Shown: one piece after another, positions 13,790 through 26,734 of the stretch
Layout of the letters: the number at the start of each line of letters is the position of its first letter
Numbering within the stretch: the first letter of the stretch is position 1
Assembly (NCBI RefSeq): GCF_006345805.1
Contig: NW_021831404.1
Span: 190,149-254,148, forward strand
Length of the DNA stretch: 64,000 bases
Source of the DNA: Octopus sinensis
Taxonomy: Eukaryota
Direction: 5' to 3'
The notes under the pieces: model-generated
Told to the model about the DNA's origin: nothing
Databases searched by the model: none
Seen by the model: only the letters and a program-made list of their open reading frames with translations
Made by a program: the position numbers and the translations under genes

Positions 13790-14115
13790 GACTTCGAAGT
13801 ATGAGCTTACTTGCTGTCATCAGACAGTTCCGATTAACCAACAATGGTTAACTGAAAAGAACCACTTCTCTATGACAGCATCAGACCAAATGTCTTTTAC
13901 ATGGTTCTTCAGAAATTGAACAAATTCAGCTATGAAACCCTACCTCATCAAACTTATCCATCAGATAGACTATTATTTTCCCAAGCATCTCAATAACTTC
14001 CTGCAAAAATAGGTCTTCAACAACCAAACTGCAGCTCAAAATGCCAAATACATTCAAAGAATTCTTCAGTATCAGGATTTCCAGAATTATATTTCACTGG
14101 AATAAATAGATACGT
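13790..14115 (+). mobile_element. Mariner transposase C-terminal remnant
   Basis: LLYDSIRPNV..LQKLNKFSYETLPHQTYPSD, YYFPKHLNNFLQK*VFNNQ, matching mariner HDNARPH...LPHPPYSPD...FKHLDNFL. Confidence 0.8.
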
Positions 14116-14197
14116 GAATGGATTTGGTAGACAGAATATGAAAGAAGTGTGGCACCTAGAGTAAGTACCTTCTACTATAGCCTCAGTTCGACCAAAG

Positions 14198-14722
14198 CTC
14201 TTAAGTATTGGAGTTCAGAACTGGCCCTTAAGTATTGGAGTTCAGAACTGGCCCTTAAGTATCGGAGTTCAGAACTGGCCCTTAAGTATCGGAGTTCAGA
14301 ACTGGCCCTTAAGTATCGGAGTTCAGAACTGGCCCTTAAGTATCGGAGTTCAGAACTGGCCCTTAAGTATCGGCGTTCAGAACTGGCCCTTAAGTATCGG
14401 CGTTCAGAACTGGCCCTTAAGTATCGGCGTTCAGAACTGGCCCTTAAGTATCGGCGTTCAGAACTGGCCCTTAAGTATTGGCGTTCAGAACTGGCCCTTA
14501 AGTATTGGCGTTCAGAATTGGCCCTTAAGTATTGGCGTTCAGAACTGACCCTTAAGTATTGGTGTTCAGAACTGGCCCTTAAGTATTGGTGTTCAGAACT
14601 GGCCCTTAAGTATTGGTGTTCAGAACTGGCCCTTAAGTATTGGAGTTCAGAACTGGCCCTCACGTACTGGAATTCAAAACTGGCCCTCACCTACTGGAGT
14701 TCAGAACTGGCCCTTAAATACT
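14198..14722. repeat. 27-bp minisatellite array B (homogeneous, about 19 units), reverse complement of array A
   Basis: Unit GGCCCTTAAGTAYTGGAGTTCAGAACT with variants. Inserted inside a SINE-A copy whose halves lie at 14149-14197 and 14723-15050. Confidence 0.97.
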
Positions 14723-17700
14723 AGATTTAGTAGATGGAAACTGGAAAGAAGCCTGTCATATATATATATATATATATATTAATATATATATGTGTGTGTG
14801 TCTTTGTGTCTGTTTTTGTCCCCCACCACTGCTTGACAACTGGTGTTGATATGTTTATGTCCCCCGTAACTTAGTGGTCTGGCAAAAGAGACTGACAAAT
14901 TACCAGGCCTGAAAATAGAAAAGCACTGGTGTTGAAAAAAAAAGTCGAGTAAAATAAATATCAGGCTTCAAACAAATTAGTTCAAAGGTTGATTCTTCAA
15001 GGTGGTGCCCCAGCATGGCCACAGTTTACTGACTGAAACAAAAAAAAAAATAAAGATATGCACACACACAGTGTGAAGCATAGAATGGGAAAGTATTACT
15101 ACTTATTTGTAAAAATGTAATACTAAATCAAATATTTAACAGAAAACTTGGAAAAAAAACAAAGGCGGGTAAGAAAAAATATAAGCAAAAATATAACCCG
15201 AAACTTTATCATATTCCACTAATATACATCACAGATGTTAACAGTCAGGGGATAGAATTTCAGTCCAATATTTTTAACGGGATTTAGTTATAAGAGTTTA
15301 ACCGAGTTTCACCATATATGTGGATTGTTATTTTAATTCATATTAGCACTGTCACATGGTTGAAGGTTGGGTCTTTAGAATATGGCACTTGTCACATTCC
15401 AAGCGACAGCGTCTGTTAATAGTTAATTTCCATAATGTGAGCATTCTTGTGAAGGAAGCATAGCTTAGTGGATAGGGTATTTGGCTCGCGATTGTAACAT
15501 TGAGTTCAATATCTAGCACCGCGTTATGTCCTTGAGCAAGACACTTTATTTCATGTTGCTCCAGTCCACTCAGCTGGCAAAATTGAGTAGTACCCATAAT
15601 TCAAAGGGCCAGCCTTGTTACACTGCGTCATGCTGAATCTCCCTGAGAGTTACATTAAGGGTATGTGCGGCGAGCTGGCAGAAACGTCAGCACGTCGGGC
15701 GAAATGCTTAGCGGTATTTCGTCTGCCGTTACGTTGTGAGTTCAAATTCTGCCGAGGTCGACTTTACCTTTCATCCTTTCAGGGTCGATAAATTAAGTAC
15801 CAGTTACGCACTGGGGTCGACGTAATTGACTTAATACCTATGTCTGTCCTTGATTGTCCCCTCTATGTTTAGCCCCTTGTGGGTAATAAAAAAATAGGTA
15901 TGAGTGTCTGTGGAGTACTCAGCCACTTGCACATTAATTTCACAAGCTGGCTGTTCCATTGATCAAATTAACTGGAGTTAGGAAATTTGTTGCATGAAGA
16001 ATATCAAAGATGGAATTTTGCTTCTCTTTGGGTCATCAAATCCAAGATAAGGCAGTCCAAGATACATTTCGCCTGAAAACGCTGACGGGATGGGGTGACT
16101 ATGGTTCAAACTTGATAAGGGACCAAACAAAAACAGAAAAAACGATATTGATGAGACTCAGAGAAAAGATAAGATAAAATAAATAAATAGATAGATAAAG
16201 CACATTGCATTTATAAATTAATCCTTGCATCCTAATTAGCGATTACTTGTTAATTGTATACTGATTGACAATCTGTCAAGGAGTGTGTCTGTGTGTGGTG
16301 TGTGTGCGCATGTGTGTATGTTCAGGTACAGTATGTATGTGGCATGCATTTTGTTTTCGCTAATATATGTAAGTATTTAACCACACACACACACACACTC
16401 ATCATTGGTAGCTTCGGGTGACTCACTAAAGTTGGTCTGATATAATCCTGCCATAACGGTTTTCAATGAACAAGTTTTCCTTCCTAATTAAAATACCTTA
16501 CTTACATTATACGGTTCCAATCACTATAACCTTTGATTAGTCCAACTAATTAGTAATCTCGCTCCTCTTACTCCACGACATATATCTACACCTGCAGACC
16601 ATTATATTGGTCAACAGAGGGCATATGGTTTCACCAGTTGTAAATGGCAACCAGATAAATCTGCCCTCAAAATTCACACCCTATTTGCCACTGCCACTGC
16701 CACCACCACCAATTCTAATTCTTTTTTCGTGTTCTGAGTCCAAATCCTGCCGAGATCAAATGTGCCTTTCACTCTTCCGTGGGTCATGTATAGTGCCATA
16801 TCAAGGTATGGGTAATTAAAAAGAATGATTTAAAAAAGAAAAATTTCCAGTCATGGCTATCCCATCCCGTCCTTGTTTTCACGTCAAGTATCCAGGACTG
16901 AAATGAGACAATTTCGCACAGCTGTCTGGACACTGACATTTTGGTACAACAGAATGGACATTCAGCCTGTTTGGGCAACAGTACTTTTTGGAACCAGAGG
17001 CAAACAACCTGCCCCCACACACACACACGTGTGTTAGCAGAAATATAGACTTACAGATATAAAGGAGAGAGAGATTACAATTTATGAATTGAATATAACT
17101 GACCTTCTTCAATTTCTGCCTACCAGTTTTACTTACAAGATATTGATCAAGTTGCAGCTATAGTATGAAAGCATTAGCCAACATGGCTATGAGTTAACAA
17201 GTTTATTTCCCAACCACATGTTTCCAGGTTCACTCCCAATGTGGGGACTGCAAATTTACCACAAGGGGATTTCTCATGTGGTTTTATGGTGCATATGTGG
17301 TTCACTTGTTTACACCGCTAGTGGGAAACAATTACCGCCTTTCCTGCTGCAAGGACTACCTGATCATGGGATTTCGGCCTTCTTTGGTCTTGTCACTGGT
17401 AGATACCTGACTGTTGGAAACAGTAGTAATTGTCCTGCTGGTGATATACACACTGACAGAGCTCAATCAAGCACTGGTGTTGCTAAAAGCCAGATATAAA
17501 TATATATATGTGTGTATAGTGGCTGTCTGGTAAGTATAGGCGCAGGAGTGGCTGTGAGGTAAGTAGCTTAAGTGTACAGTAGAAGTGTCTTCTACTATAG
17601 CCTTGGGCCGACCAAAGCCTTGTGAGTGGATTTTGTAGACGGAAACTGAAAGAAGCCCATCGTATATATGTATGTACTTGAGTGTATATGTCTGTGTTTG

Positions 17701-18134
17701 TCCCCCCAACATCGGTTGACAACCGATGCTGGTGTGTTTACGTCCCTGTAACTCAGTGGTCTGGCAAAAGAGACTGATAGAATAAGACCTGAGGTCGATT
17801 TGCTGGACTAAAAAGCGGTGCTCCAGCATAGCCACAGTCACATGACTGAAAGAAGTGAAAGAGAAAAAAATGTATGTATGTATGTATGTATGTATGTATG
17901 TATGCAGGTATATATGCATCTGTGTGTGTGATTCTATGCTTGTGTTTGTCCCCTACCATTACTTGGCAACTAATATTGGTTTGTTTACATCCGCGCAACT
18001 TAGTGGTTCAGAAAGAGAGACTGATAGAATAAGTACCAGGTTTTAAATAAGCACTAGGGTTGATTTGTTTGGTTAAAATCCTTTGAGGCAGTGCTTCAGC
18101 ATGGCCACAGTCGAATGAAGCAAAAATTAAAAGA

Positions 18135-18168
<34 letters not shown>

Positions 18169-18703
18169 TGCTTTGACACAGCATAATATTTGTAAACGAG
18201 TGTCACTCTCATCCAGGCAGTGTTGTTTATCTCCAATATTCTTCATAAACATGCTTGGAAAAAGCTGTAGGTTGGCAACTGGAAAGGCATCCAGCCATAG
18301 AAAAAAAAAATCCGTCCAAATAAACCCATCCAACCCATACAAGCATGGAAAAGAGGACGTTAAGCCGATAACGATGATAATGATTGTGATAAATAAACGG
18401 GCAAAACGGAACAAAAATAACCTAGTGATTAATTATGAATACATGCGTTTGCTTAAGAGTAATTTGTCCTGTTTGTTATGATGGTGGCGGTGACAGCTGT
18501 GGTGGTGGAGGTGGTGGTGGTGGTGTAGTGGTAGTAGTTGTTACTGGTGCTGCTGTTAGTTGAAAATTCAGTCCTGATCGAACCAGCCTATGATTAAAAG
18601 TTCTTGCCATGACTACTCAACTTTCTATTCAGACATTGTGTCTCCTGGACTATATTAGTTAAAAAAAGGTCCTTCCTTTCCTTTTGCTAAACATTTGTAA
18701 GTT

Positions 18704-19133
18704 GCTCAACATTAAGCTGCTACTTCTAGTGAGCCTAGAGGCCATACAAAGGCTCTTTCTCTCTCTCTCTCATCAAGTTGTTTAACCAAAGTTAGCCCTG
18801 ACAGAGGAGTCCTATGACAAAAGGCTCTCCAGCCAGGGCAATCTCTACAGCTTTTCTTTTTCTGTTTCAGAAATGCTTATTAAAACCCAACATTATCCAA
18901 TGCACCCTTCATATTTGCTCAACATTAAGCTGCTACTTCTAGTGAGCCTAGAGGCCATACAAAGGCTCTTTCTCTCTCTCTCTCTCTCATCAAGTTGTTT
19001 AACCAAAGTAAGCCCTGACAGAGGAGTCCTATTACAAAAGGCTCTCCAGCCAGGGCAATCTCTACAGCTTTTCTTTTTCTGTTTCAGAAATGCTTATTAA
19101 AACCCAACATTATCCAATGCACCCATCATTTTT
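18704..19133. repeat. Tandem duplication of about 213 bp
   Basis: Second unit starts at 18917; differences are mainly (CT)n length and a few substitutions. Confidence 0.9.
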
Positions 19134-20100
19134 GTTCTAAAGACAAGGTATGACTTAAAGGAGATATAGTTGCTATTTCTAGCAGCTTCAATGGTCACAG
19201 GAAGGTTTCAGAGTTAGCTTGTTTTTTTTTTGTTTTTTTTTTCGTGGTTGCAGAGTTGATGTTATTGGTGTCAGAGCAGATAATGGTTACTCTTTGCCAT
19301 GAGATCTGTTATTACTATCCAGCATATGACACAGTAATTTTGAGTTATCCTACAAACTAATTGGCGTTTGTTAAGGGCCTTAAGTTCAAATTGCTTTCTC
19401 TATTCTTTTCTCTTTTTTTCTCTGCCCTCTGCTATTTTTAATTTATTCTTATTCCGAGTCTATTTTTCTCTTCTCTTTTATTTGTTACAAGTCATGAGAC
19501 TGCGGCCAAGCTGTGGCACCATCTTGAAGAGCTTTTAGTCCAACAAATCGACCCTAGAATTTTTTTTTTTTTTTTAAAGCCTGGCATTTATTCTATTGGT
19601 GTATTTTTGCTGTGCTGCTAAGTTACAGGGCTATACACAAACCAACACCAGATTCCAAATAGTTTTGATGGGGCGGAGGACAAACAGGCACAATAACACA
19701 GGCGTGCGCACACACACACACACACACACGATGGGCTTCTTTCAGTTTCTGCATACCAAATCCATATACACACACACACACACACGCGTGTGTGTAAATA
19801 TGTCACGGAGTAATTAATCAAACACTAACCTCATTAAGTCATAATATTATCATACAAATGAAGCAAAACAACTGCGTTTAAATAAAGTATGGGATGGTCA
19901 CAGCTGCAACATTTCTGATCACAGACCTGCTCAATCAATCCCGACCTAGGGTTAAACAACTTAAACAACAACTGTAACAAGACACTGGGACATGAAATCA
20001 TTGCAGTGTATGCCAATGACAAGGATGTAATAATTAAACTACGTGATTGTAATTGAAGTCGGCACATAGAGGAATGCGATAAGCCCTCATTTCCCTTTAT

Positions 20101-20182
20101 CACAAGATTAGGGTTGCAAGGGAAGAGCCTGTATGTGGTTGCCCCTACATACAGGCTCTTCTCCTGCAACCCTAATCTTGTG
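20101..20182. other. Near-perfect 82-nt hairpin built from an inverted RTE 3' tail
   Basis: Arms 20101-20136 and 20147-20182 differ at 2 of 36 positions; 10-nt loop. Confidence 0.85.
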
Positions 20183-20340
20183 GGCTTGTAAGTGCTGGTG
20201 CCACATAAAAAGCACTGGTGTATATATCTGTAACAAAGGGCATTGTAACATCATAAATATGTGTATATATATATATAGATGTATGCATATATTACATACA
20301 TATGTGGGTGACTCAGAAATGAGTAATCTATCTATCTATC

Positions 20341-20372
<32 letters not shown>

Positions 20373-20510
20373 CGATAAAGTGCATATTTATACACATAAG
20401 GAATCCATTTAGCGTGAGATTCAACACATTAGAGAGAACAGCTAGGTTCTATAAACCACAAAAATAACGGATAAAATTCGACAGGAATAAATTTGGAAAT
20501 GAAAAACATG

Positions 20511-20548
<38 letters not shown>

Positions 20549-20559
20549 GTATATATAGA

Positions 20560-20790
20560 TGCATATGAATGAGGACAGTTGCATCAAGTGGTGCTGTTCT
20601 CCAATTGTAGAAGAACCATGTTTGAAGGAATAGACTCAGGAAGATGTGGGACGAAGTGGTGAGAGACGTTGGGACACAAAACAGACGACAAGGGACTGGA
20701 ACACATAGCAGTTTGCTGTACTTGAAAAGACATGTCACGTAAAAGCGTCCTTGCCCTTACACACAAGCTCTTCCCCTGCAACCGGAATCT

Positions 20791-20793
<3 letters not shown>
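20560..20793 (+). mobile_element. RTE-like LINE 3' end (different subfamily)
   Basis: MNEDSCIK...KMWDEVVRD-like residues, then tail TTGCCCTTACACACAAGCTCTTCCCCTGCAACCGGAATCTTGT. Confidence 0.6.
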
Positions 20794-20827
<34 letters not shown>

Positions 20828-21589
20828 TAGCAGAAGTGCTGGGCGTTGCTTTGGGGCTTAATTGCTTTATTTTTTTAATATTTTTTTATGCACCCTTTTC
20901 AAGCTCATGGGCCCGGTTTCCCGGTTTCTGTGCCGTATGTGTTCCTCCCAGCCTGGACGGGATGCCAGTCCATCGCAGCATTACCCAAGAATCAGGAAGA
21001 AAGAGTGAGAGAAAGTAGGGGTGAAAGAGTACAACAGGGGTCGCCACCACCCCCTGCCGGAGCCACGTGGAGCTTTACTTGTTTTCGCTCAATAAACACG
21101 CACAACGCCCAGTCTGGGAATCGAAACCGTGATCCTCCGACCGCGAGTCCGCTGCCCTAACCACTGGGCCATTGCACCTTCACCAATTGCTTTAAGTAGT
21201 CTTAATGATTCTACTCAATTACGATTATTGAGGCAAAGATTGATATAAGTTTACGGCCAGCTAATTGATTTGCAACTGGATAGAAAGCCCTGCCAAGAGC
21301 TTTGCACCACACTCAGGAAGGGGTAACAATGGAATGTGAGGTGGCCCTGGAAAGGCTGTGTTATCATTCTCACAATTGAAACAATTTGGTAGGCAGTCCT
21401 GGAAGTGTGTGTAAAATGTTCGCAGGTGAATACGGTGTCTTCGTTTTCCACCAACAGCAGCGGACACGCTGTTACAAAACTTCATGCTCTGTGAAAACAG
21501 AATAGATGCCCTATGGAGGAAAGAGGGAGATTAATCATAGGTAAGTAAATACGGGTAAGCTTGAAAATATACACCAATAGCATCTATTC

Positions 21590-23100
21590 ACCATATGTCA
21601 GGGTGTCGAGGAAAAAAATTCCCCAAGCTTTGTCCCGGACAGAATTAATAACGGAATTGTAAGCGAACTTAGTTGTGGAAGGAGCTTTGGCTCATTCTCC
21701 GCTATGTACTGGGCAAGCTAGTCAACATTATAAGATGTCTCACGCAGCAAATCCGAAGACAGTGTGTTTGCACCTTCCTGGTTTGTTGAAGGTAGGCCAT
21801 ACACTGCCAACGCACTACCGCCCATATTGAGAACAGTATCTTCGATTTCAAGTAGCGCCCTGTTGTAGATAAGGTCACTGTACCCAACCTCCGTTGATGG
21901 ATTTAGCAACTGAGCCTGACGCAGGAAATCTTCAGACATGTAATCTTTGTAGGTAAGCCATAAAGAGGCGGGATCACCCAAGTCGGAGCATTGGAGTAGA
22001 ATAGCGAAAAGCAATCTTAGTCTTTTAGGGAATTTTAACAAAACGCCCTCTGCCATAGTGGCGCCCCATTGTGAATCATCCTCGAAAAGTCCACGCCTGA
22101 AGCAGGCTTCCCGGAAAGTGTCACATAATTCACCGTCAACAGTTCTTATGTCTCGAAAGCTTTGTGGGTGGAAAACGTCATGGAGGAGAAGGTGCAGGTG
22201 AAGACGCTCATGCTGGTTGGGAGGTACAGTGTACACTCTTCGTAGACAACTGTTAAACTTGACACCGGGATGTCCTTGAACATCCTGACCTGACTTCCTA
22301 CACACCCAAGTGTTCTTTGACCACACATATTAGGACAGGACCTGAGGGTATAAAAGTGTTTTGGAAAAATGTGTCAAGTTGGCAAAGCCTAAAGAAACCA
22401 GTCAAAGTTGTTTCTTTTGGACTGGCTGCCAATTGTGCAGCAGTCTGTTCAGTAAAGTAAGCCCACTGGCCGTTTTCCAAATGAACCGCTAGTTGTATTA
22501 TGGTGGGGTGCCTTTGGTGAAGTGGAAACCCGAATATCTGCCGAAAAGCTTCACCACTGCTGATATATCAACCTAGCAAGTACTGCGACACCTCATCCAT
22601 GCTATTGTCCTTTTGAAGGCTGAGCATGGCAGCATGAGTACCCTTGTTAACATATTTACATATGTACTTTATTGATTTTATTGAATGACAGAACTCCAGA
22701 TTTATATGACCGTTGAAAATTTTCATCAGAAATGGACAGTATGGGACCACCCATCTATTATCAAGTTGATGACCCCTTAACATCATAGTGAATCCCCCAT
22801 TCTCAGGCCGCATTCATCTGTACAGTGGATATCCATCGCCAGGCCCGCATGGACTATGCACCATGTGTGCCTTCACAATGTCGTACTGGGATTTCTGCTG
22901 TGATGATGTCATCTAGAACTGTAGGGTCTATTTTGGTGACCAACCAAACCAAAATGTGTGCATGTGGCAACCCTGTCTTCTGCCACTCAACAGTATACAT
23001 GTGGCAGTTGACAGGCCCAAAAACCTGCCCTTTTTTTATTAAATCAATTAGCTTAGCCAGCTTCTGCCTGAAAACCCTGGCAATAATATCATGCTGACGG
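21590..23100 (-). mobile_element. Decayed autonomous Helitron, Rep/helicase fragment
   Basis: Minus-strand frames give ARVFRQKL, EWQKTGLPHAHIL (HUH motif), DNRWVVPY...HINLEFCHSIKSIKYICKYVNKG (tyrosine motif), TFREACFRRGLFEDD and GIFFLDTP (start of helicase motif I). Frameshifts, stops and an internal deletion are present. Confidence 0.95.
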
Positions 23101-24815
23101 CAGCAAAGGGTGAAAGTTACATGTACAGAGAACTCGTCTTGGAAAGTATGCGTAAAATTGAAGGGGGGAAAGGGTGATAAGAAATGGCAAATAAATAAAC
23201 TGACAGGTATTTGTATGTATGTATGTATGTATTAGTGTGTTTTCATCATTGTTTAACATCCGTTTTCCATGCTAGCATAGGTTGGACGGTTCGACTGGGG
23301 TCTGGGAAGCCGGGAGGCTGCACCAGGCCCAGTCTGATCTGGCAGTGTTTCTACAGCTGGATGCCCTTCCTAACGCCAACCACTCCGTGAGTGTAGTGTG
23401 TGCTTTTTACGTGCTAGGCGAGGCTGGCAACGGCCATGATCGGTTGGTGCTTTTTACGTGCCACCGGCATGGAGGCCAGTGGAGACAGCACTGGCAACGG
23501 CCACGTTCGGATGGTTCTTTTATGTGCCACCGGCACGATTTCGATTTCATTTGCCTCAACAGGTCTTCGCAAGCAGAGTTTTGTCTCCCAAGAAGGAAAG
23601 GTATGCATAAGTGGTCTGGCTACATCCCAGGTAAAGGCCACGGGTTATGGCCTCACTTGTCCTGCCGGGTCTTCTCATGCACAGCAAACTTCCAAAGGTC
23701 TCGGTCACTAGTCACTATTGTCTGTATATATATATGTATGGTAGTAAGTAAATGTGTTTTAAAAAAGATTTGTTAAAAATTCAGTTTGTAGGGAATAAAT
23801 ATTTGTCAATTGTATTTGAAAAAGATTGGCAGTTATTTGTATGTATGTGTGTGTATTCTCTCTCTATACATATATTACTCTTTTACTTGTTTCAGTCATT
23901 TGACTGTAGCCATGCGGGAGCACCACCTTTAGTCAAGCATGTCGATTGCAGGACTTATTCTTTATAAGACTAGTACTTATTTTATCGGTCTCTTTTGCCA
24001 AACAGCTAAGTTACAGGGACATAAACACACCAGCATCGGTTGTTAAGCGATGTTGGGGAGACAAACACAGACACACACATACATATATACGACGGGCTTC
24101 TTTCAGTTTCCGTTTACCAAATTTACTCACAAGGCTTTGGTCGGTCCGAGGCTATAGTAGAAGACACTTGCCCAAGGTGCCACGCAGTGGGACTGAACCC
24201 GGAACCATGTGGTTGGTAAGCAAGCTACTTACCACACAGCTGCACCTGCACCATATATATATATATATAATATATATATATATATATAATATATATATAT
24301 ATTATATATATATATATATATATAATGTTGATGCAAACAGAAAAAACAGAACTCAAAATATGAGTATATGTATATTTTTATTAATATTTAGTAGAAACAA
24401 CAGAGTGACTCAAAGTTTGAGAGTTTCGTGTGTCGGCACTCACCAGTTTGATAAGGACACATAAATATAAATACATACATCCATATAGACAGACAGATAT
24501 GCTGATGCTTATCAGTTTCATAAGCACTAACTGATAAATGCCAATACACGAAACTCACTTCCCTTGAGTCACCCTGTTGCTTCTGATAAATATTAATAAA
24601 AATACACACACACACACATACATATGTATCCTTAGCATCAGGCTTGCATGGCTCAGCCAAAGTCTGTTGTGGGTAGATTTTTTCTGGGACTGAATGTTCT
24701 CCCTTGTTACCAAGCAAGGTAATATTTTCCCCAGTCTTTCAAACGTGAACCACACAACGCCCAGACATGTTTTCACAAGAGATTACCATACTAAAATCAC
24801 CACTTATAATAATAA

Positions 24816-25331
24816 CTAGCAGCATAGCCCGGCATTGCCCAGGTATGTAAGAGCCCCTGGAGCAGACATGATGCTCGCTGTGAATTTTTAAAAAATTCCT
24901 GCCAATTTGTGAAAGATATTGTCGAAAATATGTCATCTTGAATTTGAACGCGATTTCCCAAAGTGGCATGATTTTATCGATTTTTTTCTGATGGTAAGGT
25001 ATTGCATGGAAAACTAACGCCAGAATTAAGTTTCTTAGGGTAACATTAAGATTCACCATGAGTTTGGTGAAAATCGATTGCAAGTTGCGAAAACTACAAC
25101 AGAAAATGTGTTGCAAATAAAAAGCTTAGATTCTCAACCCCATGTCAAATTTATCAATTTTTTTCAGAACTGGGGAAACTTTTCAAACTTTTCGCTGCGT
25201 TAGTTTTGAATTATGACATTGGGCTATGTGTGTGTCAAGTTTCATCAGAATCAGTTGAAAGCCGTGGTCAGGGTGAAGGTACAATCTGACAGACACACAG
25301 ACAGACAAACTGCCATTTATATAGAGAGAGA
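24816..25331 (-). mobile_element. Non-autonomous Helitron (second subfamily)
   Basis: TC 5' end and GC-rich hairpin + CTAG|T 3' end on the minus strand. Confidence 0.75.
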
Positions 25332-25334
25332 TAA

Positions 25335-25608
25335 TAATAATAATAATAATGAAATTATTGTATACAGTGCTCGGTGCACCACAACTTGTCAGAAAGTGCG
25401 TATAAAGTATATGCAGTAATGTACAAATGTTTGGAAAGCGAACAGTGTATGAGTCAGATACATGCTTGTGTGTGTATGGAGGGGAGAAAGTCAGGTGTAG
25501 TGTTGACAAATCTCAGGAAGCATGGAAGTTTTGAAGGATGCAGTGCTCCGACAACTAACAACTGATGCCGGCAGTTTGTTCCATGCTTCAGCAACTCTCA
25601 GCGTGATA
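25335..25608 (-). mobile_element. CR1-clade LINE 3' end with (ATT)n tail
   Basis: Nearly identical to 4395-4660. Confidence 0.75.
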
Positions 25609-25928
25609 ATTATTTATGTCTTTATTGCCCACAGGGGGGGTTAAACATAGAGGGGACAAACAAGGAGAGACAGAGGGATTAAGTGGATTACAGTGACCCC
25701 AGTGCATAACAGGTACTTATTTAATCGACCCTGAAAGGATGAAAGGCAAAGTCAACCTAGGCAGAATTTGAACTCAGAACGTAACGGAACTTGAACTCAA
25801 GAGTGCCAACAATAGTCTTTATAGATCAATCAATTAAAGAAACATTAACTAATTAACTAGTTAATAATTAATATCAAGGACACTGTACATCCAAGGCTGA
25901 TGCAACTACATGATGTACATTTATTGCA

Positions 25929-25960
<32 letters not shown>

Positions 25961-26734
25961 GTGATAATAATAATCGTTTCTACTATAGGCACAAGGCCTG
26001 AAATTTTAGGGAGAGGGATAGTCGATTACATTGACCCCAGTGTTTCACTGGTACTTAATTTATTGACCCCCAAAAGGATAAAAGGCAAAATTGACCTCGG
26101 CGGAATTTGAACTCAGAACGTAGCAGCAGGTAAAATACCGCTAAACATTTCACCCTGAGTGCTAACGATTCTGCCAGCTCGCCGCCTTAATAGTAATGAT
26201 AATAATGAATGAAAGAATAAATAAGAATAAAGATGGTTTTTCAATTACATAAAAGTTGTCTTCATTCTTATTCATTTATAATAACAATCCATTCTACTAT
26301 AGGCACAAGGCCTGAAATCTGGGGGGAGAGGGGGTCAGTCGAATGGATTGGTCCCAGTACACAACTGATACTTAATTTATCGACCCCGAAAGGATGAAAG
26401 GCAAAGTCGACCTGGACGGAATTTGAACTCAGAACGTAAAGACTGACAAAATACTTATTTCTTTACTACCCACAAGGGGCTAAACACAGTGGGGACAAAC
26501 AAGGACAGACAAACGGATTAAGTCAATCATGTCGACCCCAGTACATAACTGGTACTTAATTTATCGACCCCGAAAGGATGAAAGGCAAAGTCAACCTCGG
26601 CGGAATTTGAACTCAGAACGTAAAGACAGACGAAATACCGCTAAGCATTTCACCTGGTGTGCTGACGATTCTGCCAGCTCACCACCTTAGTGATAATAAT
26701 GATAAAAATAATAATAATAATAATGATGATGATA

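Noticed and set aside
12181-14722. CRISPR array, or a Foldback transposon that captured an exon
   Set aside because: The units are contiguous with no unique spacers. The enclosed exon is a native in-phase SNX24 exon, and no shared outer TIR or TSD was found.
14149-14724. 191-aa and 171-aa ORFs on both strands (ELALKY repeats)
   Set aside because: A by-product of a stop-free 27-bp unit inserted in a SINE; no splice or start context.
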